Below, one piece after another: positions 50,480 to 59,020 of a DNA stretch of 64,000 nt. A program made the position numbers and the translations under genes. Position 1 is the first letter of the stretch; each line of letters starts with the position of its first letter. Source of the DNA: Elusimicrobia bacterium GWB2_63_16 (lineage in GTDB: Bacteria > Elusimicrobiota > Elusimicrobia > Elusimicrobiales > UBA9959); NCBI GenBank assembly GCA_001799715.1, contig MGTZ01000009.1:17082-81081 (forward strand), written 5' to 3'. The notes under the pieces are model-generated. The model had not been told where the DNA came from and ran no database searches. It saw only the letters and a program-made list of their open reading frames with translations.

Positions 50480-51826
50480 TTATTTAGCTACTCCTAACTT
50501 ATCCGAGATATCTTTTACGGCGGCGGCGTCCAGGGTTTCGGAGGCCAGCAGGGCCTGGGCTCGGTAGAGGTTCAGTTTGTAAAGGGTCTCGTAGTATCCG
50601 GCCTCGGCCTGCAGCAGCGAGGCCTGGGCGCGCAGCACTTCCAGCACGCTCTGGCGGCCCTGGCGGTAGAGGGGGCGGAACAGCTCCAGCGATTTCCTGG
50701 CCTTGTCCACGGTCTCCTGGGCCACCGGCAGGCCCTCCCTGGCCGCGGCGTAGTTGCTCAGGGCTTCGGCCAGCTCTATGGAGGCCTGGCGGCGCGCCTC
50801 CTGTACACGGCTTTCGGCCATGGCGGCCTCGGCTTTGGCCGCGTCGCGCCTGGCGAACCAGGCGGGGTCGCCTATGGGCATGGTCAGGCGTATGCCCAGC
50901 AGTCGGTTGTCCCTGAATTCGGACAGGCTTTCCGAGTTGGTCTCCCAGGCGCCGAAGGCTTCCACCACCGGCAGCACCGAATTCTTCTGCATGGAGGCCG
51001 ATACTTTGGAGATCTCCGCCATCTTTTCCAGGGCCTTCACGTCCCTGCGGCCGGCCGAGGCCGAGGCGAGGGCCCCGCGGTCCAGGGGGCCGTAGCCGGG
51101 ATCGCTCAGAGCGCCGGCCGCGCCGGCGCCGCCGGGCAGGCCCACGGCTATGCCGAGCCGCTCGCGCTCCAGCCGCAGCGCGCTGTCCCAGGTTATCTGG
51201 TAGCCTTTCAAGGTGGAAAGTATGGCTTCGGCGCCGAAATAGTCCGAGCCCAGCACCATGCCCTTGTCCTTGAGCATCTGGGCGGTTTTCAATTCTTCCT
51301 CGGCCGCCCGCACGCTGCCGGCCGCCAGGGCCGCCAGGCGCTCGCGCAGGGCCACGGTCAGCCACTGGTAGGTGGTCTTGAAGGTTATGCCGGCCCGGGC
51401 CCGCTCATAGCCGCTGCTGGCCGCTTCTACACCCAAATTCCCCATTTTGGCCGCGTTGGACAGGGCGAAGCCGGTGAAAAGCGGTATCCCGGCCTCTATG
51501 CCGGCCATGTAGTTGCGGGCCGGCTCCGGATCGTTGATCGTGGCCATGGAGGCCATGCTGAAGCTGCCCTGCTTCATGGCGGTGGCGAAAGCGTAAACGG
51601 GGTCATTGCCGTCCGTGTACATGCCCTTGAGCTTCAGGCCGCCCAGGCGGCTCATTTTGGCCTGGCGCAGGCCGGCCCGGGCCCCGCTTACGCGGTCGGC
51701 TTCGGCCTGAACTATGTTGTCGGTCTTGAGCGCCCGGTTTACAGCCTCCTCCAGGGAGAGGTCCGCCTGCGCCAGAGCCAGAGCCGGCGCGGTCAGAGTT
51801 ATAAGGATTGAAAGTATAAGCTTCAT
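50480..51826 (-). CDS. TolC-family outer-membrane efflux protein
   Basis: Signal peptide MKLILSILITLTAPALALAQ and two OEP-type repeats with long helical segments. 448 aa. Confidence 0.85.
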   Translation of the reverse strand: MKLILSILITLTAPALALAQADLSLEEAVNRALKTDNIVQAEADRVSGARAGLRQAKMSRLGGLKLKGMYTDGNDPVYAFATAMKQGSFSMASMATINDPEPARNYMAGIEAGIPLFTGFALSNAAKMGNLGVEAASSGYERARAGITFKTTYQWLTVALRERLAALAAGSVRAAEEELKTAQMLKDKGMVLGSDYFGAEAILSTLKGYQITWDSALRLERERLGIAVGLPGGAGAAGALSDPGYGPLDRGALASASAGRRDVKALEKMAEISKVSASMQKNSVLPVVEAFGAWETNSESLSEFRDNRLLGIRLTMPIGDPAWFARRDAAKAEAAMAESRVQEARRQASIELAEALSNYAAAREGLPVAQETVDKARKSLELFRPLYRQGRQSVLEVLRAQASLLQAEAGYYETLYKLNLYRAQALLASETLDAAAVKDISDKLGVAK

Positions 51827-51914
51827 GCTGTCTCCTTTGCCTGCCCATATGAGATGCGGCCAAGGTCAGAAAGTTTCACCCTGGCAATCCCCCGTTAAGT
51901 CAATGCCGGCGCCC

Positions 51915-51942
51915 TTGACAAGTCAAGATATATGCGTATAAT
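51915..51942 (+). promoter_or_regulatory. Near-consensus sigma-70 promoter upstream of the C11 peptidase operon
   Basis: TTGACA (51915-20), a 16-nt spacer and TATAAT (51937-42). This implies a 5' leader of about 120 nt before the ATG at 52067. Confidence 0.6.
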
Positions 51943-52066
51943 ATTAGGGCGACGTCGATGCTCCCAATGAGAGGTTTGGTTGTATAGGACTAAGGGCCTA
52001 CTGCGGCCTGGGGCTTAAGACCTTTGATAAATGTCAACCGGCGACGCAGAATATAGTTGAGGATAT

Positions 52067-53371
52067 ATGAACAAGGCGCTGTTGGTAACTTTCGCGGCGA
52101 TAGCCGCACTGGCTTCCGGGCTGCAGGCCCAGGACGCCTCCCTTGATTCATTCTCCAGGAGCCTGCAGCAGCCCTCCGCCGTTACCGTCCCAGAGGTTTC
52201 CGCCCCCGCCGCCGTGGAAATGCCCAACGCCGGCGCCGCCGCCGGCGAGCGCGAGTGGCTGGTGCTGGTCTTCATAAACGGCGTCAACGACCTGGGCATA
52301 CTCGGTTTCGCCAACAGCGACATAAACGAGATGGAAGCCGTGGGCTCCACCGAGCGCATGTCCGTGGTTGTGGAATATGGCATACTGGGCGAAGACGGCT
52401 CTGGCGACCGCAACCTGCAGTTCCAGCGCGGCTCCAGCACCATCTTCGTCACGCGCGACGCGGACGCCAACCGCATAAATTCTCCCGTGGTCTTCACCTC
52501 CAACGACGCCGACATGGGCAGCGAGGCCAATCTGGTGCGCTTCGTCAAGCGCGCGCTGCGCAACGGCCACCGCGCCCGCAAGACGGCCCTGGTGGTGTGG
52601 AACCACGGCGGCGGCCGCCTGGGCATCTCCTACGACGACGTCAGCAAGAACCATATGGAAGTGGATGCCCTGGGCCGTGCGCTGGGCCAGATCAAGCAGG
52701 CCCTGGGCAAGAAGATAGACGTCTTCGCCACCGACGCCTGCCTGATGCAGATGGCCAGCGTGGCCTACGAGTTCCGCGATTCGGCCGAGGTGATAGTGGG
52801 CTCCGAGGAAGTCATCCCCGGCAACGGCTATCCCTATACTCCCATACTCACGCAACTGGCCACCAACCCCGGCATGAGCGCCGAGCAGCTGGGCCGGACC
52901 ATCGTGACCGCCTACGGTGCCAGCTACCCCAGCGACGCCACCCTGTCGGCCATACGTACCTCGGTCCTGGACGGTTTCAAGGACGCGGTGAACAACTGGG
53001 TGGGCGCCGTGCGCTCCGACCCGCAGGCCTTCGCTGCCGCCACCGACGCCTCCGTGGTGGACTCGGTTTCCCGCTTCGAATATAAGGATTCTAAAGACCT
53101 TATAGATTATTTAGATAAGGTGGAGGCCCGCCTGGCCGACAACCGCGCGGTGAAGGACGCCGGCGCGGCCGTCAGGGAGCAGGTGCGGCGCATGCTGGTG
53201 GCCAACGTGGCCAAGCCCGCCCGGGGCAACAAGTATACCGCCGCCAACGGCCTGGCCGTCTACATCCCCGACCTGCGCTACGCCTCGGCCAACTATGAAC
53301 GCATGGCTTTCGCCGCCGATTCGCTGTGGGACGATTTTCTGCTGGACATGATGAGCGAGAGGCTCAGGTAA
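52067..53371 (+). CDS. Clostripain-family (C11) cysteine peptidase, exported
   Basis: Signal peptide and a catalytic His/Cys dyad in the contexts VVWNHGGG and FATDACLMQ. Confidence 0.75.
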   Translation: MNKALLVTFAAIAALASGLQAQDASLDSFSRSLQQPSAVTVPEVSAPAAVEMPNAGAAAGEREWLVLVFINGVNDLGILGFANSDINEMEAVGSTERMSVVVEYGILGEDGSGDRNLQFQRGSSTIFVTRDADANRINSPVVFTSNDADMGSEANLVRFVKRALRNGHRARKTALVVWNHGGGRLGISYDDVSKNHMEVDALGRALGQIKQALGKKIDVFATDACLMQMASVAYEFRDSAEVIVGSEEVIPGNGYPYTPILTQLATNPGMSAEQLGRTIVTAYGASYPSDATLSAIRTSVLDGFKDAVNNWVGAVRSDPQAFAAATDASVVDSVSRFEYKDSKDLIDYLDKVEARLADNRAVKDAGAAVREQVRRMLVANVAKPARGNKYTAANGLAVYIPDLRYASANYERMAFAADSLWDDFLLDMMSERLR

Positions 53372-53372
53372 T

Positions 53373-55154
53373 ATGAAACTCTTAGCCGCCAAAACGCTGC
53401 GCCTGGCCGCCCTTACGGCGGGGCTGCTGCTTTGCGGTCTGCCCATCTCGGCGCAGGAGCCGGAGGAGAAGGACGCAACCGAGCGCCTGGCCGCCTATGA
53501 AGTTTCCATAGCCAGCGCCGACCCCGCAGCGGCCGTGGCCTACCTCAGGGACGGCGAGGCCCGCGAGCTGGCGGAGGCCGATCCCCGCAAGGCCGCCGCG
53601 CTGCTGGGCAAGGCCGAGGCCCTGAAGGACCTGAAAGACCTGATGGCCATGCGCTGGGACGCCGCCCGGGTCAACCAGCTTAACCAGGCCCTGACCATAC
53701 GCCTGGATGCCGGCAAGCCGCTGGTACGCCTGGGCGTCGGCCCCGAGCCCGAGAAATTGCTGACCTGGCTGAAAAATTACGCGCCCTCCTACAATGAGGA
53801 AAAGACGGCCGTGGTGAAAAAGGCCATAAGGCAGTGGGAAGTAGTCTTCGGCACCATGACGGACACCCGCTCTATGAGCTGGGGCCAGGCCAACATGGGC
53901 GCCGGCCGCGGCGTTACCGTGACCAAGGCCGCCTGGGAGGCCATGGTGCTGCGCGAGCGCAACGCGGTCATCGAAAATATCATAGCGCAGGACCCCCGGT
54001 TCCTGGTCTATAACGACGAGCGCCTGGCCTCGGCGCGGCAGAACAGCACGCTGAATGTGGACGTGAGGAGCTTCATCAACTCCGGCGCGCTGACCCCCGA
54101 CCAGAAGTCGCAGCTGGCCGGCAAATCCTTCAACGACCAGCTCTACCTGCTGGGCAACATGTTCGACAACAGCAATGTGGCCGTGGACCCCGCCCTGCGT
54201 TCCAGGGTGGACGCCGCCCGCTCCTCGCTGCCCCAGGAAGTGCTGCCTTCCGGGCAGCGGCAGGTGCTGGGCACCATGCTCAATACCGCGGTGGCCAGGG
54301 AGCTGGCCGGCACGCAGGCCGGCGACAGGGCCCTGGCGGCCTTCCCGGGCGGCCTGCGGATCACCGTGGCGCCCGTGGACGGCGGCTACTCCCGCTACGA
54401 CGCGGCCACCGGCTCGGTGGTGCTGGATTCCGAGACCATACAGCAGTACATGCGCCTGAAGGGTTATACCGCCTCTTCTGTGATGGGCAATCAGGCGCAG
54501 CTCTCCGAGATAGCCAAGTACATGAGCCCGGCCGTGGTTTACGAGGCCGCGCACAAGTCGCAGGCCGACTGGGCCGCCAGCCGCGGCGTCTATATGCCCC
54601 GCACGCAGGAGAACGAGATAGAGGCCATGTCGCTGGAAGGCCTGTTCACCACGGAGAAAATGCGCGGGGACCCCGAGTTCAACAGGATCATGACCTCCAG
54701 CCGCGATTTCTCTACCTACGCCTCCAAGCGCCTGGATGTGGGCACCGAGTTCGAGATGAACGGCTCGAAGAAATTCGCCACCTCGGTGCGCCAGCGCTAC
54801 TATGCCGGCCTGCCCTCGCTGGACGCGGCCGCCGGTCAGGTGCTGGGCGCCGTCAGCGATGAACTGGAGCGCCGCGGCTCGATGAGCGCCGCCGACCGGG
54901 CCGCCATAGATTCCAACGGCCTGAACCTGGCCGAGACCATGGAGATGTCCCCCGACGAACTGGCCTCCTCCGTGGCCGAAATACAGACCCCCGTTCTTGC
55001 TAAAATACAGGGAGACCTGTCCAGGATGGGAGTTTACCGCAGCCGCTACAGCGCCTCTGACAGGCAGACCCGCGGAGCCCTGAAGTCCCTTTCGGCCGGC
55101 GGGAGCGAGGCTGCCGGCAGCGCGGCCAAGAACGCGCCGCCGCCTATTATATGA
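53373..55154 (+). CDS. Exported hypothetical protein (593 aa)
   Basis: Signal peptide. Starts 2 nt after the peptidase stop. No family recognised. Confidence 0.55.
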   Translation: MKLLAAKTLRLAALTAGLLLCGLPISAQEPEEKDATERLAAYEVSIASADPAAAVAYLRDGEARELAEADPRKAAALLGKAEALKDLKDLMAMRWDAARVNQLNQALTIRLDAGKPLVRLGVGPEPEKLLTWLKNYAPSYNEEKTAVVKKAIRQWEVVFGTMTDTRSMSWGQANMGAGRGVTVTKAAWEAMVLRERNAVIENIIAQDPRFLVYNDERLASARQNSTLNVDVRSFINSGALTPDQKSQLAGKSFNDQLYLLGNMFDNSNVAVDPALRSRVDAARSSLPQEVLPSGQRQVLGTMLNTAVARELAGTQAGDRALAAFPGGLRITVAPVDGGYSRYDAATGSVVLDSETIQQYMRLKGYTASSVMGNQAQLSEIAKYMSPAVVYEAAHKSQADWAASRGVYMPRTQENEIEAMSLEGLFTTEKMRGDPEFNRIMTSSRDFSTYASKRLDVGTEFEMNGSKKFATSVRQRYYAGLPSLDAAAGQVLGAVSDELERRGSMSAADRAAIDSNGLNLAETMEMSPDELASSVAEIQTPVLAKIQGDLSRMGVYRSRYSASDRQTRGALKSLSAGGSEAAGSAAKNAPPPII

Positions 55155-55735
55155 AGAACCTGGTGCTGACCTTAACCATGCTTTCAGTCCTGGCCGCCGC
55201 GGCCTGCGCCGGCGCGCAGGCCAAGGGAGACCGGTTCAAGCTTTACGCCATGGACAATAATTATTTCTCCTGCAGCGTGCCCTCAGCCTGGACGCTGGAG
55301 CGCAATAAGGAGCAGGACGAGGAATACAGGATCTACGAGGTACAGTTGCTCGCCCCGCAGGCCGCCAAGGCCCCTACCAGTATAACCGTGTCCTATTACG
55401 CCAAGGATAACGAGGATTTCAACGGCCACGAGGACTTTGTGAAACGGAATTCCCGCAACGTGGCCGGCGAAACCAAAAGCCCGCGCGAGAATTATCAGCC
55501 GGTAAAGAAAACAACGCTGGCCGGCCGCGCCGGCTTCGAGCTCGCCCGCGAGCGCCTGGTTTTTCTGCACCCCAACAGCAAGTCCGACGAGAGCGTGCAG
55601 CTGAAAGAGAAACTGTACGTGCTGCCTGCCAAGGCCGGCTTCTACGTGCTGCACTTCAGCGCCGAGAAAGCGGCCTTTACTGCCAACAGCGCCGTCTTCG
55701 AGCGGGTGGCTAGATCTTTCAAGGGTCAGCCCTAG
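55151..55735 (+). CDS. Putative lipoprotein of unknown function
   Basis: Lipobox-like LAAAACAG. ATGA overlap with the upstream gene. Confidence 0.55.
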   Translation: MKNLVLTLTMLSVLAAAACAGAQAKGDRFKLYAMDNNYFSCSVPSAWTLERNKEQDEEYRIYEVQLLAPQAAKAPTSITVSYYAKDNEDFNGHEDFVKRNSRNVAGETKSPRENYQPVKKTTLAGRAGFELARERLVFLHPNSKSDESVQLKEKLYVLPAKAGFYVLHFSAEKAAFTANSAVFERVARSFKGQP

Positions 55736-55754
55736 GGGCCTGTGTTCGGGCAAT

Positions 55755-55782
55755 AAAAAACCGCGCCACGGCGCGGTTTTTT
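55755..55782. terminator. Bidirectional terminator between convergent genes
   Basis: A6-CCGCGCC-AC-GGCGCGG-T6. Confidence 0.75.
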
Positions 55783-55800
55783 ATTTGGCGGCGGTCCGCG

Positions 55801-56688
55801 CTATTTCTTCGCTGCCCTCAGCGCCGCAAGGTGCTCCACCAGGGCGGCCGGGTAATCGGTGATGATGGCGTCCACGCCGGCGGCTATCGCCAGGTCCCAT
55901 TCCTTTCTGGTGTTGATGGTCCAGGGCGCCACCTTGATGCCGGCGGCCTGCGCCTCCTTCACGGCTTCTACGGTGATCCACTTGTAGTTGGGGCTCCAGA
56001 TGTCCACCTTGGAATTCTTGAGCGCCGGCACTATGTCCACCAGCGACTCGTAGGTCAGCTGCGAGGTGCGGATGGCGGGGGCGAACTTCTTTACCGCCCG
56101 CAGGGTGCGCACGTCGAAGGACTGCACCATCACGCGCGCCTCCATGCCGTGCTTTTTCACCACGTCCGTCACCAGGCGGGCGAACTCCTCCGGCGAGGGG
56201 GAGAGCGCCGGCTCGTAGGGGAAGATCTTGGTCTCTATATTGAATTCCACCTTGGGGGCGGCCGCGTAGCCGGACTTCTTCACCAACTCGAAAACTTCTT
56301 CGAGCGTGGGCATCGGCGTGCCGGGCACCTCTATCTGCTGCGGGAACTTGGGGTTGAGCAGCGTGCCGCAATCGTATTTTTTGAGCTCGGCCAGCGTGAG
56401 TTCCCTTATCGCCACGGGCTTGTCCAGTTTGTTCCCGTCGGCGCCCAGGCAGCGCTCCGGCGTGACCTTGGGCTCGTGCGAGACTATCACCACGCCGTCT
56501 TTGGTGACGCCCAGGTCGAATTCCAGCACGTCGGCCCCGGCCAGCAGGGCGGCCTCGAAGGCCGGGAGGGTATTCTCGGGCACGGTGCCGCGGCTGCCGC
56601 GGTGGCCGTGCACGGCGGGCAGCCGGAGGTCGGCGGCCAGCGCCGGCACAGAGGCCGCTATCAGGGTCAGGAAAAGGATCTTCTTCAT
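55801..56688 (-). CDS. Glycerophosphodiester phosphodiesterase (GDPD family), exported
   Basis: Signal peptide and the GDPD motifs HGHRGSRGTVPENTLPAF and EFDLGVTKDGVVIVSHE. Confidence 0.85.
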   Translation of the reverse strand: MKKILFLTLIAASVPALAADLRLPAVHGHRGSRGTVPENTLPAFEAALLAGADVLEFDLGVTKDGVVIVSHEPKVTPERCLGADGNKLDKPVAIRELTLAELKKYDCGTLLNPKFPQQIEVPGTPMPTLEEVFELVKKSGYAAAPKVEFNIETKIFPYEPALSPSPEEFARLVTDVVKKHGMEARVMVQSFDVRTLRAVKKFAPAIRTSQLTYESLVDIVPALKNSKVDIWSPNYKWITVEAVKEAQAAGIKVAPWTINTRKEWDLAIAAGVDAIITDYPAALVEHLAALRAAKK

Positions 56689-56805
56689 GTGTTCTCCTTG
56701 GAAAACCGCCGGGTTCAGTAGTTATAGGTTACAACAAAAAACAGGGTTTGATAAAGAGCCGCCCGCCCGTCGGCGGCGCCGGTTTTGCTATTATTGACAA
56801 GGCGT

Positions 56806-57531
56806 ATGGAATACTTTGACGCGCATAACCACCTGCAGCTTTACCCCGCGGACGCCGCGCTGGACGCGGCCATGGCCGCCGCCGCGGCGGCCGGGGTGAC
56901 CGGCATGCTGTGCTGCGGCACCAGCCCCGAGGACTGGGGCCGCGTGCTGGAGATCTCCTGCCGGTACTCCGGCGTCACGCCCTGCTTCGGCCTGCATCCC
57001 TGGTTCTCCGGCGAGGACGGCTGGCAGGGCAGGCTGGAGGAATTCCTGCGTCGCTCGCCCGCCGCCTGCGTCGGCGAGATCGGCCTCGACGGGGTGAAGG
57101 ACCGGCCCGGCCAGCGGGAGGATTTCGCGGCGCAGCTGGAGCTGGCCCGGTCTTTCGGCCGGCCGGCGGTGCTGCACTGCGTGCGCGAGTGGGGCCCGCT
57201 GCTGGAAAGTGTGAAGAAGGCCGGGCTGCCGGTCTTCATGCTGCACGGCTACGGCGGCTCGCCGGAACTGGTAAAGGACTTCGCGGCTCTCGGCGGTTAC
57301 TTCTCTTTCGGCGCGGGGATAGCGGCCCCGGGGCGGGAACGCCTGCGGGCCGCGCTGGCCTCCGTGCCCGCCGACAGGCTGCTGTTCGAGACCGAGGCGC
57401 CGGACACGGGCGGTCCCGCCGGCATAACCGCAGTAGTGGAAGCCGCGGCCGCGGCGCTGGGCCGCCCGGCCGAAGAACTCGCGGAACTTAGCGCCGCCAA
57501 CGGCGGCAGGTTCGCGAAAGGACTGATATGA
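56806..57531 (+). CDS. TatD-family metal-dependent hydrolase
   Basis: N-terminal FDAHNHL, plus GEIGLD and VLHCV motifs. The start is trimmed from the track ORF at 56785. Confidence 0.75.
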   Translation: MEYFDAHNHLQLYPADAALDAAMAAAAAAGVTGMLCCGTSPEDWGRVLEISCRYSGVTPCFGLHPWFSGEDGWQGRLEEFLRRSPAACVGEIGLDGVKDRPGQREDFAAQLELARSFGRPAVLHCVREWGPLLESVKKAGLPVFMLHGYGGSPELVKDFAALGGYFSFGAGIAAPGRERLRAALASVPADRLLFETEAPDTGGPAGITAVVEAAAAALGRPAEELAELSAANGGRFAKGLI

Positions 57532-58274
57532 ACGAGGACAGGCTGGCCCGCATCCGGCTGATGCTGGGCGAAGAGAAACTGGAGCGGCTCAAGAAATCTT
57601 TTGTAGTGGTGGTGGGCATGGGCGCCGTTGGCAGCTACGCCGTGGAGGGCCTGGCCCGCTCCGGCGTGGGCCGGCTGCGGCTGGTGGATTTCGACGTGAT
57701 CCGGGCCAGCAACATCAACCGCCAGCTCTACGCGCTGGGCTCTACGCTGGGCCGCCACAAGGCCGACGCCGCTGCCGAGCGGGTGTTGGACATCAACCCG
57801 CATTGCCGCGCCGAAAAGATGAACGCCTTCGCCGACGAGAGCACTTTCGAGGCCATACTGGAAGGCAGCCCCGACCTGGTGATAGACGCCATAGACTCGC
57901 TGGGGCCGAAGGCCGGCCTGATAGCCGCCGCGGTGAAGCGGGGCCTGCCGCTGATCGCTTCTATGGGCGCTGCGCTGCGCACCGACGCCTCCGCCGTGAG
58001 AGTAGGCCCGATAAAGGAGGTGGTAGGCTGCCCGCTGGCGGCTAAGGTGCGAAATTTGCTGCGCAAAAGCGGCACACACCTGGACTTTACCTGCGTCTAC
58101 TCCACCGAGCCGGTGGGTGAACTGAAGAAGAAACGGCAGGTGGACCCTGAAACCGAATATTTTGAAAAGGGCCGCCGCCGCGCGGCGCTGGGCAGCCTGC
58201 CCACGCTCACCGGCATCTTCGGCCTGACCATAGCCAACGCGGCCATACAGCTGCTGGCCGCCGATAAAAAATAA
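57528..58274 (+). CDS. tcdA: tRNA threonylcarbamoyladenosine dehydratase (ThiF/E1-like, TcdA/CsdL type)
   Basis: VVVGMGAVGSYAVEGLARSGVGRLRLVDFDVIRASNINRQ Rossmann/E1 motif, about 250 aa. ATGA overlap with tatD. Confidence 0.75.
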   Translation: MNEDRLARIRLMLGEEKLERLKKSFVVVVGMGAVGSYAVEGLARSGVGRLRLVDFDVIRASNINRQLYALGSTLGRHKADAAAERVLDINPHCRAEKMNAFADESTFEAILEGSPDLVIDAIDSLGPKAGLIAAAVKRGLPLIASMGAALRTDASAVRVGPIKEVVGCPLAAKVRNLLRKSGTHLDFTCVYSTEPVGELKKKRQVDPETEYFEKGRRRAALGSLPTLTGIFGLTIANAAIQLLAADKK

Positions 58275-58285
58275 AACCGCCCCGG

Positions 58286-58990
58286 CTACAGGCCGGGGAG
58301 CCAGTCGAGCAGGGCTTTAATGAAACCGGGTGTGGAGAACATGCCGGAGCCGTGGCCTTTGGCTCCGTCCAGGAAATCGGAAAGAAACTTTTTTTCTTTA
58401 GCCGCTTCATGCAGGCGCAGGGAGCTCTGCCACGCGTACTGGTCGGTAGGGGCCGCGGCTATCAGCATTTCCGTCCGTATATAAGGCAGGCTGCGCACGC
58501 CGGCGTAATCCAGCCCCGGAGAGAGCAGTATCAGCCCGGCCGGCTTTACGGCCCCTTCGGCGGCGGCCTTCATGGACAGGTTGGCGCCTATGCTGGCGCC
58601 GCAGAAGACCAGGCGCCCGGGGGCGTAGCCTTTCTCCCGTAGCCACAGGGCGGCGGCTTCTATGTCGCGCCAGGAGGCGGCCCAGTCCGCCCTGGTGAAT
58701 TTGCGGTAGTTAACCGGCTTGCCGTTGCAGCTGCGGCTGCCGCCGTGGCCGCGCAGGTCCAGCGACAGGTAGCCGTGCGTCCGCTCCGCGGCCGCGGTCT
58801 GCAGCGGCCCCCATTCGCTCCTGTTGGAGCCGAGGCCGTGCGTGTTGACCAGTATGTAGGAACCTTTCGCGGGGGCGGAGAATACAGCCTCTATGGCGCA
58901 GCCGTCGGCCGTGCGGAAAGTGACCGTGCTCTCGGCCGCCCCGGCCGGAGCGGCCAGCGCCAGGCCGGCCGCCAACAGTAGATAGTTCAT
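58286..58990 (-). CDS. Exported alpha/beta hydrolase
   Basis: Signal peptide and the nucleophile elbow GASIGA (GxSxG). Confidence 0.65.
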   Translation of the reverse strand: MNYLLLAAGLALAAPAGAAESTVTFRTADGCAIEAVFSAPAKGSYILVNTHGLGSNRSEWGPLQTAAAERTHGYLSLDLRGHGGSRSCNGKPVNYRKFTRADWAASWRDIEAAALWLREKGYAPGRLVFCGASIGANLSMKAAAEGAVKPAGLILLSPGLDYAGVRSLPYIRTEMLIAAAPTDQYAWQSSLRLHEAAKEKKFLSDFLDGAKGHGSGMFSTPGFIKALLDWLPGL

Positions 58991-58999
58991 GAAACCCCC

Positions 59000-59020
59000 T
59001 AGCGCGGCCCGGCCGCGCTA
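59000..59020 (-). terminator. GC hairpin at the end of glpT
   Basis: TAGCGCGGC-CCG-GCCGCGCTA, a 9-bp stem overlapping the glpT stop codon. No clear U-tract. Confidence 0.4.

Noticed and set aside
47413-50487. 1024-aa plus-strand ORF, the longest in that frame.
   Set aside because: It lies entirely antisense to the RND permease gene. Its translation is Gly/Arg/His/Val-rich low-complexity sequence typical of antisense frames in high-GC DNA, whereas the minus-strand product has clear AcrB motifs.
52024-52037. TTGATAAATGTCAA, matching the CRP/FNR-type TTGA-N6-TCAA spacing. Related motifs are TTGATAAAGTCAA near 4571 and TTGACAAGTCAA at 51915.
   Set aside because: The three occurrences have different spacings (N6, N5, N4), and their positions relative to the promoters do not fit class I/II activation. 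The evidence is too weak to call a regulon.
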